Assembly: GCF_039654945.1 (NCBI RefSeq)
Contig: NW_027361758.1
Coordinates: forward strand, 1,116,001 to 1,180,000
Source of the DNA: Dendrobates tinctorius
Lineage: Eukaryota
Reading direction: 5' to 3'
DNA: 64,000 nt
Every line of letters starts with the position of its first letter. The stretch's first letter is position 1. The notes below the pieces were generated by a model that saw nothing but the letters and a program-made list of their open reading frames with translations, did not search any database and was not told where the DNA came from. This document shows positions 52,360 through 64,000 of this stretch, one piece after another. The position numbers and the translations under genes are program-made.

Positions 52360-53964
52360 CAGTGGGGAAAAAAAGTATTTAGTCAGTCAGCAATAGTGCA
52401 AGTTCCACCACTTAAAAAGATGAGAGGCGTCTGTAATTTGCATCATAGGTAGACCTCAACTATGGGAGACAAACTGAGAAAAAAAAAATCCAGAAAATCA
52501 CATTGTCTGTTTTTTTTTCATTTTATTTGCATATTATGGTGGAAAATAAGTATTTGGTCAGAAACAAGCAATCAAGATTTCTGGCTCTCACAGACCTGTA
52601 ACTTCTTCTTTAAGTCTCCTCTTTCCTCCACTCATTACCTGTAGTAATGGCACCTGTTTAAACTTGTTATCAGTATAAAAAGACACCTGTGCACACCCTC
52701 AAACAGTCTGACTCCAAACTCCACTATGGTGAAGACCAGAGAGCTGTCAAAGGACACCAGAAACAAAATTGTAGCCCTGCACCAGGCTGGGAAGACTGAA
52801 TCTGCAATAGCCAACCAGCTTGGAGTGAAGAAATCAACTGTGGGAGCAATAATTAGAAAATGGAAGACATACAAGACCACTGATAATCTCCCTCGATCTG
52901 GTGCTCCACGCAAAATCCCACCCCGTGGGGTCAGAATGATCACAAGAACGGTGAGCAAAAATCCCAGAACCACGCGGGGGGACCTAGTGAATGAACTACA
53001 GAGAGCTGGGACCAATGTAACAAGGCCTACCATAAGTAACACACTACGCCACCATGGACTCAGATCCTGCAGTGCTAGACGTGTCCCACTGCTTAAGCCT
53101 GTACATGTCCGGGCCCGTCTGAAGTTTGCTAGAGAGCATTTGGATGATCCAGAGGAGTTTTGGGAGAATGTCCTATGGTCTGATGAAACCAAACTGGAAC
53201 TGTTTGGTAGAAACACAACTTGTCGTGTTTGGAGGAAAAAGAATACTGAGTTGCATCCATCAAACACCATACCTACTGTAAAGCATGGTGGTGGAAACAT
53301 CATGCTTTGGGGCTGTTTCTCTGCAAAGGGGCCAGGACGACTGATCCGGGTACATGAAAGAATGAATGGGGCCATGTATCGTGAGATTTTGAGTGCAAAC
53401 CTCCTTCCATCAGCAAGGGCATTGAAGATGAAACGTGGCTGGGTCTTTCAACATGACAATGATCCAAAGCACACCGCCAGGGCAACGAAGGAGTGGCTTC
53501 GTAAGAAGCATTTCAAGGTCCTGGAGTGGCCTAGCCAGTCTCCAGATCTCAACCCTATAGAAAACCTTTGGAGGGAGTTGAAAGTCCGTGTTGCCAAGCG
53601 AAAAGCCAAAAACATCACTGCTCTAGAGGAGATCTGCATGGAGGAATGGGCCAACATACCAACAACAGTGTGTGGCAACCTTGTGAAGACTTACAGAAAA
53701 CGTTTGACCTCTGTCATTGCCAACAAAGAATATATCACAAAGTATTGAGAAGAAATTTTGTTTCTGACCAAATACTTATTTTCCACCATAATATGCAAAT
53801 AAAATGAAAAAAAAACAGACAATGTGACTTTCTGGATTTTTTTTTCTCAGTTTGTCTCCGATAGTTGAGGTCTACCTATGATGTAAATTACAGACGCCTC
53901 TCATCTTTTTAAGTGGTGGAACTTGCACTATTGCTGACTGACTAAATACTTTTTTTCCCCACTG
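52360..53964 (+). mobile_element. Full-length Tc1-like transposon (copy B)
   Basis: TA TSD; ~210-bp TIRs; near-identical to copy A. Confidence 0.98.
52726..53748 (+). CDS. Tc1 DD34E transposase, 340 aa, uninterrupted
   Basis: same motifs as copy A; 6 aa differences. Confidence 0.96.
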   Translation: MVKTRELSKDTRNKIVALHQAGKTESAIANQLGVKKSTVGAIIRKWKTYKTTDNLPRSGAPRKIPPRGVRMITRTVSKNPRTTRGDLVNELQRAGTNVTRPTISNTLRHHGLRSCSARRVPLLKPVHVRARLKFAREHLDDPEEFWENVLWSDETKLELFGRNTTCRVWRKKNTELHPSNTIPTVKHGGGNIMLWGCFSAKGPGRLIRVHERMNGAMYREILSANLLPSARALKMKRGWVFQHDNDPKHTARATKEWLRKKHFKVLEWPSQSPDLNPIENLWRELKVRVAKRKAKNITALEEICMEEWANIPTTVCGNLVKTYRKRLTSVIANKEYITKY

Positions 53965-54570
53965 TATACTCGCGTATAAGCCGAGATTTTCAGCCCATTT
54001 TTTGGGGCTGAAAGTCTCCTCTCAGCTTATATGCGAGTCATATACCGGGGGGGGGGGTCAGAGATCATACTCACCCCCTCTTGGCTCATCTCTGCAGCCC
54101 CCTGCTTGTTCCATGCTCTCGGCGCCCCTACTCTTCCTGCTTTCAGTGGTCACGTGGTACCGCTCAGTACACTCATGAATATGTGATTATACATGAGTTT
54201 AATGAGCGGTACCACGTGACTGCTGAAAGCAGGAAGAGCAGCGCGGTGCAGAGAACAAGGAACAAGCAGTGGGGCTGCAGAGATGAGCCAGGAGGGGGCA
54301 AGTATGACGGGGTGCCATATTCACCTGTTCCTTGTTCCACCGCTGCGCGTCGCACTGCTGTCTTGCTTCCTCTGGCAGTGACATTCAGGTCAGAGGACGC
54401 AATGATGTAGTTAGTATGCGCCCTCTGCCTGAACAGTCACTGCAGAGCCGGCAACGCTGATGAGCAGCGGCAGCGACGAGGGGAGTATAGTTTTTTTTTT
54501 GTTTTTTGTTTTTTAATTGAGGCAGCGGCAGCAAAATAATTGGTTGACCTTATGCTACCTGTGCAATTGG

Positions 54571-54700
54571 GGCCACTCACTGTGCAGTATTATATAAGGC
54601 CACTTACTGTGCAGCATTATAAGGGGACACTCACTGTGCAGCATTATAAGGGGACACTCACTGTGCAGCATTATACGGGGCCACTCACTGTGCAGCATTA
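54571..54700. repeat. 27-bp minisatellite, ~5 units
   Basis: CACTCACTGTGCAGCATTATAAGGGGA. Confidence 0.92.
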
Positions 54701-55394
54701 TGAGTATTATACTGATGTCTCAATTAATTTTACTTTTATTGGCATCTATTTTTAATTTTGAAATTTACCAGTAGTTTCAGCATTTCCCACCCAACACGCG
54801 AGTCAATAAGTTTTCCCAGTTTTTTTTATACAAAATGGGGGGGGGGGGCTTATACACGAGTATATACGGTAATTTGTTTAAGAAATTGCAGCAAAAATCC
54901 TCTGCATGTGAATATAGCTACAGTGCAGTACAGGAAAAAAAAAAAAAAAATACCCCAGCTATTCTTCTGCATAGGACATCATTTTTCATAACGTGCCTGG
55001 TATCTCAGGTAATACATTGTAACATTTTATTTATTTCTAAATTATCTTATATTTTTTATTTACTCTTTCCCCTTTTGTGGCTTTGAAAGATTAGGGGCTT
55101 AGCGACCACATTGACATATGTTGTGCGACAGCAGTTCTCTGACACATGGGCCAATAACATTTGCCCAACTTGTTTGCGACTATTCTACAGCTCTGATTTT
55201 GCTGTGACTAAAACAGCCAAGTTGTGGACAAGTCACATTTTGCAGAAAATCCAACATATTTGGAAACCCATGCAACTCTGTTGCAATCATAGGTCTCAAT
55301 GTGGCACTATAGTAAATAATTAAACCCAATGTTGCAACATGTCGCTGCGATTTCAGTGTTGTATAACACGTCGCCATGTATCATTAGCTTTAAA

Positions 55395-55978
55395 AGGGAA
55401 TCTGTCACCCTTTTTTTTTTTTTTGATTATCAGCTGCCGGCATTGACATCAGGGGTTTATCTACAGTATTCTGTAATGCTGTAGATAAGCCCCCTATGTA
55501 ACCTGAAAGATAAAAAAAAAAAAACAAAACACCACGATAGATTTTACTCACCGGAGGGGGCGGTCCGGTCCAACGCCTCCCATGTTCATACGACGCCGTC
55601 CTCTTCTTCCCTTCCTGTACTCCGGCGCACAGCTCTGCCCTGTTGAGGGCATAGCAGAATACTGCAGTGCGCAGGCGCCAGACCTCACCCGACGCCTGCG
55701 CGCTGCAGGACTCTGCTCTGCCCTCAAGCAGTGCGCCTGCGCCACTACAGGAAGGGAAGAAGAGGATGGCATCGTATGAAGATGGGAGGCGTCGGACCGG
55801 ACCGCGACACCCATCGGACCCCGGACCGCTCCCTCCGGTGAATATAATCTAACTCTTTTTTTCTTATCTTTCAGGTTTCATTGGGGGCTTATTTACAGCG
55901 TTACAGAATGCTGTAGATAAGCCCCCAGATATCAATGCCGGCAGCTGATAGTCAAAAAAAGAGGGTGACAGATTCCCT
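55395..55978. mobile_element. Kolobok/T2-type palindromic MITE
   Basis: AGGGAATCTGTCACCC ... GGGTGACAGATTCCCT. Confidence 0.88.
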
Positions 55979-55982
55979 TTGA

Positions 55983-56659
55983 GGCCGGGGGTCACACTAA
56001 CCAACGCAAAATACGGTCCGTAGTTTACAAGTGTAATACGGATGAATGACCCCTAAATAGTGCTCCGTATGTCATCCGTAAGCAAGGTGTGGTCGCGTAT
56101 TTTGCGCATGTCTGCATCCGTATGGCGAGATTTTCTCGCAGGCTTGCAAAATGGAAATATAATGGAGCCCTATGACAGGGTTTCTAACAGAAACCAAAGA
56201 ATAGATATAGACACATAATACATATATATGTATTCTATGTGTCTATATCTATTCTTAGGTTTAATAAAGAAACAAAACAATAGATAGAATACATATATAT
56301 GTATTCTATGTGTCTATATCTATTCTTTCGTTTCTTTATTAAACCTGTCAGTGTGAGTTTACTGTATCGCGCACTGAATTGCCGGCTTTGCTAAAAGACA
56401 CCTGGTGCGTATTTCTCGCAAGTCATACATGTGGTCCGTGTGTAATCAGTATTTTTGCGCACCCATAGACTTGCATTGGCGTACTACGGCCGTAGTACGC
56501 TGACAATCGCAGCATGCTGCGATTGGCACGGACCGTAGAATACGGATGAGAAATATACGCCTGGTGCGAGTGACCCCATAGAGAATCATTGGTCCGTGTC
56601 TAATGCGTGCTTTTAGCGCCTCTCACTCGGCCGTATTCCTCGCCAGTGTGACCCCGGCC
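55983..56659. mobile_element. Harbinger-type MITE with AT-rich nested palindromes
   Basis: TIR GGCCGGGGTCACACT; flanks TGA/TAA. Confidence 0.85.
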
Positions 56660-57772
56660 TAACAGTTATATATCCATCATAGGTTCTTATTACAGATTTT
56701 TTTTCCCCATTTACTGGGATTCTATGTTTCATACAGTAAAACCTATGCATGAATTAGCACTAGTAACGGTTGATAATACTATCCCTTTTTGTCCCTAGAG
56801 TTTAATAAAGAAAGAAGGGAGAGCCATCTGCGCAGGTCTAGGTTGCCAACCTCCGCTGTAAGGTAGGAGTAAGAATGAGAGATGAAACAGGGACATTCTT
56901 TAAGCCTACTCTTTTTATTGCAATTGTTGCTTGACTTTTTTGTATACATTTACACTTTAATTAAAGGTTACATTTAACTAACATGTACTGTAGTCAAAGC
57001 ATACATGTAATCCACGCCCAAAAAATGCGACAAAAACCAAAGCAAACACACTGCCAACTCGAGAGCAGGTTTGGGCTTCAGAAAAAATAAGTAGCATGTA
57101 AACATAATCTAAAAGTATGTACAAGTTTGGTTTTTGGTGCAGAAAAATCTGCAGTAAATACTCAAGTGTTGGCCGGAAAAATGCATTTTTTATTTTTTTT
57201 TTTTAACGTATTTCTTAATATGCTTTTTCCCCCATTCAATTGAATGCAGACAAAAAAAACCACTGATGGCTCAAATCCACAATGAGAGGCAATAAGCAAC
57301 ATGTGCACAAGATTTCAGACATCTCATTCACTTTGGTGATACTGTAAAACACAGCTTTTTGTACTTTGGAAAACATGCAGCTTGTGAACAAGTCCTTATT
57401 GTGTTAGTGATCTGGTGGCACGCAACTAAGGTCTTTGAAAGTTTATGGATAGAATCCTTCTTTGGAAGGAGACGCCAATTATCACTACAAATTGCTGTGA
57501 AGTTGTGACAATTAGGCTATGTGCACACAGTGCGTTTTTTTCCACGAAGAAACGGGCCAAAAATGCTATGGAAACCTTGTGCAAGCTAACTCAATGACCA
57601 TCCTGAAGTGTTGAGCACATGATCAGTAAACTTCCTTGATCTCAATATACAACAATATGTATGTACCACTAGGACTTGGTTCCAGTGATTATTGCAACAA
57701 CTATTTATCAGAATCCAAGCCTATTAAAAGATCCTTCAAAACTCCGTGGACCATGCTAGGGTTCTAAGGATG

Positions 57773-58214
57773 TGTAGAGATTGCACTCAAGTGCAACGGG
57801 AGACAATCAGGAGGCACATTCCTTTTAAAGTTCATAGGGTTTATTGCGGCATAACCCATAAAGCAGCACAAAACAAGAGAAATAGCCTTTAGCTCAGGCA
57901 AAAGAAAGCACAAATGTCCATTACTTCAGGCTCAGTCCTGGAGCCCCAGCACACACAGGAGGCTTATCCCTCCCCACATACAGCTCTCTGTTTCAGGAGT
58001 AGTCTACATTTTAAAGGTATAGCCACACCCACGAACCCAGCAGCTGACTAGTCATGCGATTGTGACCTCACCACAGGTCCTTCCAAAACATTAGAAATAT
58101 AATGATATCCCTTAGGGCTTATGTGTACTAAAGAAACACTGGGCTTACATTAGAGACAAGCCATCTCTGAGACACATACCTCCCATCGACTATAGGACCC
58201 TTAGCCACGCCACA
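57773..58214 (-). repeat. 3' LTR
   Basis: direct repeat of 63218-63639; adjacent PPT. Confidence 0.95.
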
Positions 58215-58239
58215 TACCTCTTCCCTCTGCCTAAAGCCG

Positions 58240-61200
58240 TGGGGCTTGGCACTTTCCCCTACTAGACAAGGGATTTTTGAGAGGGCATCGGCATTACCAT
58301 GTAGCTTCCCGGCCCTATGTTCTACATGGAAGCTGAAGTCTTGCAGGGCTAAGAACCAGCGGGTGACCCTAGCATTCTTACCTTTTGTTTCCCCTCATCC
58401 ATCTGAGTGGGGCATGGTCGGATATTAATCTAAACTTACGTCCCACCAGATAGTACTGTAACGTATCCACTGCCCACTTTATGGCCAAACACTCCTTCTC
58501 TACGACTGAGTAATTCTTTTCGCATGAAGATAGCTTCCTACTCAGGTAGAGGACAGGATGCTCCTCCCCATGTATCTCCTGGGAGAGGACTGCACCTACC
58601 CTGACATCTGAGGCGTCTGTCTGAAGGATGAACTCTTTTTTAAAGTCTGGGGTCACCAGAACGGGTTGCTTACATAGAGCCCCTTTCATTTCTTGGAAGG
58701 CTGACTCTGCCTCTTCGCACCATTTGACCATTACGGATTTTGTCCCCTTAAGCAGATCAGTTACAGGCGCAGCCATCATGGAGAAGTTTGGGATGAACTT
58801 CCTGTAGTATCCCACGATCCCCAGGAAGGCTCGAACCTGCTTTTTGGACAGAGGTCTCAGCCATGTTTGAATTGCCTCCACTTTATTGATTTGGGGTTTG
58901 ATCTCGCCACGCCCCACTACATATCCCAGGTACTTGGTTTCTTATTTACCCAAGGCACACTTCTTTGGGTTTATCGTAAACCCCGCCTCCCTTAGAGAAT
59001 CAAACACTGCTTGGACCTTTTCCAGGCGAGTCTCCCAGTCCGGGGTGAAGATGACGATATCATCCAGTTATGCAGCAGCGTATAGCTTATGAGGCGCAAG
59101 GATTCTATCCATAGCCCTCTGGAAGGTCGCCAGAGCTCCCTGTAGGCCAAATGGCATCCGGACATACTGAAAGCACCCGTGTAGTGTAGAAAATGCAGTT
59201 TTCTCCTTGGCCTCCCGTGCCATGGGGATCTGCCAAGATCCCTTTGTCAAATCCAAGGTGGTTATGTATCTGGCAGGTCCAAGTCTCTCGATGAGCTCAA
59301 AGCGTGGCATGGGATATGCGTCGAACTTGGAGACCTCATTCAGCTTCCGGTAGTCATTGCAGAACCTCCATTCACCATCAGGTTTTGGGACCAAGACAAT
59401 CGGGCTCGACCAGCCGCTCTTGGATTCCTCAATGACCCCGAGCTTCAACATACGCTGCACCTCCTTGGAGATTACTTCTCGATGGGCCTCGGGAATTCGA
59501 TAAGGCTTCATGTTCACCCGCACATGTGGCTCGGTCAGAACTTCGTGCTCCACGACCTTCGTGTACCCCGGCAACTCTGAAAACAGGTCCCTGATTTTCT
59601 GGAGTAACTCCCGGCACTGCTGTTTCTGGGCCTTCGATAGCATCTTCGCTATGGTAACCGCTCCAACCTCACCTTCTAGGTTGCCCAGCAAGCACGGAGT
59701 TACTACTGGCTCTCTATCTTGCCACAGTTTCATGAGGTTGACATGGTAAACCTTGTATGGTTTCCGTTTTCCGGGTTGGTGAATTTTATAACTTACCTCA
59801 CCAAGCTTCTCCACCACCTCATACGGCCCTTGCCACTTGGCCAAGAACTTACTCTCCACCGTCGGAATTAGCACGAGAACTCGGTCTCCCGGACTGAACT
59901 GACTCACTCTTGCTGGCCCGTTGTAGACCCTGGCCTGAGCCTCTTGTGCCTGGCGGAGATGTTCTTTAACAATGGGCATCACCTTCGCAACCCTCTGCTG
60001 CATCAGTGCCACATGCTCAATGACGCTTCTGTGGGGCGTGACTTCGGCTTCCCAGGTTTCCTTGGCTATATCTAGGAGACCTTGCTGATGTTGGCCGTAC
60101 AGAAGCTCGAAGGGCGAGAACCCCGTGGAGGCCTGGGGAACTTCACGGATAGAAAACAGCAGATACGGTAAGAGACAATCCCAGTCTCTACCGTCTTTCT
60201 CTATGGCTTTTCTTAGCATGCTCTTCAGTGTCTTGTTAAACCTCTCAACAAGGTCATCTGACTGCGGATGGTACACTGAAGTCCTCAACTGGGAGATTTG
60301 CAGAACCTTGCACAACTCCCTCATCACCTTGCTCATAAAAGGTGTCCCCTGCTCGGTCAGGATCTCCTTCGGCAAACCCGTCCGGGAAAACACATGGACC
60401 AACTCGCGGGCTATACTCTTCGCGGTGGAATTTCTCAAGGGAATTGCGATAGCGTGTGGCATAGTCCAGGATGACTAATATATACTGATGGCCCCGGGCT
60501 GATTTAACTAAGGGACCGACCAAGTCCATGGCAATTCTTTCAAATGACACCTCAATAATGGGCAATGGCACAAGGCGGTTCTGGAAATGAGATGTGGGGG
60601 CAGTTAACTGACACGCAGGGCAGGACCTGCAATAGTTTACTATTTCCCCGTGACACCCAGGCCAATAGAACCTCTGCACAACCCGTTCCTGCATTTTTTC
60701 CACCCCAAGATGTGTGAATGGGCCATGTCCAACACTTTCCGTCTATAGGGGCCTGGTACTATTAACTGCTCTACCAACTCCTCCCTTATTTTCGTGACCC
60801 GGTATAACAACTCCCCACTCATCATAAAATAGGGAAACCTTGTGTCTGCTCCCGGCTCTTGTGCAACCCCATTAATGACGGTGACATTGTTGAAGGCTTC
60901 CCTTAGTGTTGGGTCCCTATGTTGGGCAGTCCCAAAATTCTCACGGCCACCCCCAACTCCAGAATGTCAGATACAGGGGACACCTTCTCCTCATCCCCCA
61001 CAAGGACACAAAAAGGGAACCTGTCTGCCTCTGGTGGTGGCGATACCTTATTAGGGTTCATTGGTTCCCTGCTCTTGCTAAGCGATCTCAGATCCCTTAC
61101 CCCACAGCTCCCAAAATAGACAGAAATCCCAGCCAATAATTATAGGATGCAACAAGTCCCGAACGACGTCAACTTCATGGGACTCTGTGCCATTCGCCGT

Positions 61201-62325
61201 TTCAATGTTCACCCTGGCCATAGGATAGTCTTTAGCATCGCCATGTATGCAACGAACGCCAACCTTTTTACCCAGGAGTAGGTTGAGAGGAAATGTGGCC
61301 CGTACACGGGTCACCAAGCTCCCGGAATCTAACAGCGCCATTACTGCTCGACCGTTCACCTTCACGGGACACGCTTGTGGCCCCTCGTTAGGTGGAGAGC
61401 TCACACTGCAGGCTGGATATGCATAGTAGGAACTACGGCGTCCCATGCTGCAGTCCATCTGCTCAGTGGTCAGGGGACAACGGGCAGCTATATGTCCAGG
61501 CCTGTAGCACTTCCAGCAAATAATATCACCCATGGGGACCTTGGGCACCGCCTCCCCCACCTCTTTTGACCTTGGACACCCCACCCCTTTTTGGGACTCC
61601 GCCCCCTGCTGGAACCCCCAATATGGAATGGGCTGCTTCCCCAAGGAGCCTTCCATCCCTTGTTATCTCTCGACCAGTCCATCGGCATTCTGGGGATCAC
61701 CATGGGCAACCCAAGTCTGTAGGGGTCTCGGCAGGGAATGCACAAACCGATCCATCACCACCCACTCTACCATCTGTGCAGGAGTAGAAGACTCTGGCTG
61801 CAGCTATTTCTGGACCAGGTGCAAGAGGTCAAACATTTGGAAGAGAGGCGGTTTATCCCGATGATAGGCCCAGCGGTGAACTCGTTGTGCCCTGACAGTC
61901 ATTGTCACCCCCAAACGAGAGAGAATCTCGGCTTTTAGTTTGGGATACTCCTTGGTATCTTGCAAAGTTAAGTCATAGTATGCCTTCTGAGGCTCCCCTG
62001 TCAGGTATGGGGCCAGTACCTCTGCCCACTGCTCTCACTGTAGTTTTTCCCTCTCAGCCACCCTCTCAAACACTGTCAGGAAGGCCTCAACATCACCCTC
62101 AGAGGTCATTTTCTTCGATGCGCGTCTTACCGCCTTCCTGACGTGGGTGTCATCAGCCAGACCTGGGGTTGGGGCGCTCGTCCTGCCCTCCTGGATGGCG
62201 GTTGCCAGAAGCTGCATCTGCTGCAGTTGCTCCTGCTGGCTCTGCTGTAACAGCCTATTGGTTTTCTGTTGCTGTGCCTGGGACTGGACCAGGTGTTTCA
62301 GCAAGTCCTCCATTTTTCCAGGCAA
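58240..62325 (-). pseudogene. gag-pol polyprotein (SCAN-like capsid, CCHC, PR, IN, RT, RNase H) with multiple frameshifts
   Basis: DVEAFLTVFERVA; CWKCYRPGHIAARC; LLDSGS; CRSCPAC, MDLVGP, VERFN, WQGPY; MPFGL, A*LDDI; TDAS, YSVVEKECLAI, SDHAPL. Confidence 0.93.
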
Positions 62326-62353
62326 TGCTTGCTACAAACTTGACCCAGGACAT

Positions 62354-63156
62354 TGTTATGATTGAGTCACCGTAGGAGGCAAAAACAGAAATGCTAGCTA
62401 AGTCCAGAAAACCAGAGAGGTTGGCAGCTATCGGATTGCAGACCCCTGAACCTATCAACACAACTAGCAGTAGCCGTGGGGGGTTCCTACGATGCCCTAG
62501 ACCCCTCGATCACAGCCGGGGAATTAAATAGCCTAAAGACAGAAAGGGAAATCTAAACTGCCCCAGAGCAGACCCAAAAGCAAAAGGCAGCCCCCCACAT
62601 ATAATGACAGTGAAGCAAGAAGAAAGAACACAACACAGACAGAAAGATAGACTGAGCAAAGACGGGGCCCAAGCTAACTAGATAGGAAAGGACAGGAAGG
62701 CTGCTGTCTGCAATCCGTGAAAAACCCTATGAAAATAAGAGCCAACAGACTGACAGTGAAAAAGGCCCTGAAGACGCTAGGCTTCAAAAAGACTATGTCA
62801 GTACTCAGGAATATTCTGAAGACAGAGCAACCGGCAAAAGGAGAATCAGCTCACTCCAGCAGGGAATGGCAGAATCCAGAAAAGCAAGGCAAACAAAAAC
62901 AAAACACAAATGCTAAAAGGCAAAGCAGAAAACTTAGCTTTAGAGGAGCAGGAATCAGACTGGTTTCCTAGAAGTCCAAAGAGAAATCACCCGCAGGGCA
63001 GAAGGGCGTCGGCAGCCTTATATCCAGTCCGTGACTCCACTCAGCCAGTCATCATCATTAGACTCAGGTGCCTGATAATCAGGCTCATTACCTTCCTTTA
63101 CCAGAATAGGGAGTTCACCAGACCTCAGTGACGAAGGGGAAAATGAACTCACAACA
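62354..63156 (-). mobile_element. Solo LTR of an unrelated element inserted in the provirus leader
   Basis: TGTTATGA ... TCACAACA inverted ends; GGACAT duplicated on both sides; minus-strand TATA-like GGATATAAGG near 63020. Confidence 0.8.
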
Positions 63157-63217
63157 GGACATGCAGCAACAGTGTCACAGCTCTGCTGGGAACGCTGCCC
63201 GCATGTCTAGCACCAAT

Positions 63218-63639
63218 TGTAGGGATTGTACTCGCTCAGGTGCAACGGGAGACAAAGTTCATAGGGTTTATTGCGGCATAACCCATAAAGCAGCACAAAA
63301 CAAGAGAAATAGCCTTTAGCTCAGAAAAGAAAGCACAAATGTCCATTACTTCAGGCTCAGTCCTGGAGCCCCAGCACACACAGGAGGCTTATCCCTCCCC
63401 ACATACAGCTCTCTGTTTCAGGAGTAGTCTACATTTTAAAGGTATAGCCACACCCACGAACCCAGCAGCTGACTAGTCATGCGATTGTGACCTCACCACA
63501 GGTCCTTGCAAAACATTAGAAATATAATGATATCCCTTAGGGCTTATGTGTACTAAAGAAACACTGGGCTTACATTAGAGACAAGCCATCTCTGAGACAC
63601 ATACCTCCCATCGACTCTAGGACCCTTAGCCACGCCACA
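63218..63639 (-). repeat. 5' LTR
   Basis: direct repeat of 57773-58214; adjacent PBS. Confidence 0.95.
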
Positions 63640-64000
63640 GATGGTATACAAAGCAATCAACTATTGCACTCTGCCCAGCATTTATTGAGACAGTTAAAAG
63701 CAGCAGAGTTTCTGCAAAAAAAAAAAATTAGCAGAAGAAATACAACATTTACGCTACGGCCTATATGTGCAAGGAAAGTGGATGTGATTTCATGAGATCT
63801 GCGATCTCTGTGCGTCTGATGACGCTGCTGAACTGAGCGATTTTGGTACTTTTTCCCTATAAGCTTCAATGTGAAACCTTAAAAAAGCTAAATGTTAATA
63901 CTGGTAATATCTGATAATCAGGCACCTGTCAGCACCATTAATACTGATAACATGGCATCTCTCAGGTCCATCAATACCGATAACGTCTGATACTGCACCT

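Larger units (their letters stand above)
52353..54869. mobile_element. Tc1/mariner-type MITE split by Tc1 copy B
   Basis: reconstructed TIR CC(A)TATATACTCGCGTATAAGCC / GGCTTATACACGAGTATATACGG; TA flanks. Confidence 0.8.
57773..63639 (-). mobile_element. Complete Gmr1-like Ty3/Gypsy LTR retrotransposon
   Basis: two TG..CA LTRs; GATG TSD; PBS TGGTGCTAGACATGCGGG next to 63218; PPT AGAGGGAAGAGGTA next to 58214; PR-IN-RT-RH order. Confidence 0.95.

Overview
Eukaryotic DNA, inferred to be amphibian (frog-like) from the protein and the repeat repertoire, with five N-gaps. The only host gene recognised is CAMKK2 on the minus strand: four coding exons (21070-21594, 19226-19273, 9602-9655, 9003-9054) with canonical AG/GT boundaries, the rest of the gene running off the left edge. 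Everything else is intronic or upstream sequence packed with nested mobile elements: two ~99% identical intact Tc1 transposons in opposite orientation, four decayed Tc1s, a hAT element plus its deletion derivative, three piggyBac-like non-autonomous elements (two carrying satellites), many Harbinger- and Kolobok-type MITEs, a full-length L1, a complete Gmr1-like Gypsy provirus (PR-IN-RT-RH order) with a nested solo LTR, and Penelope-like remnants. The most notable signals are three minimal hammerhead-ribozyme motifs in AT-rich pseudo-LTR/retrozyme-like segments, two short insertions sharing a '15-16 bp TSD + terminal ~85 bp fold-back' signature, and local inverted duplications, one of which looks like a TIR-mediated template switch. 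TE superfamily calls rest on termini, TSDs and protein motifs read by eye; no database search was run.
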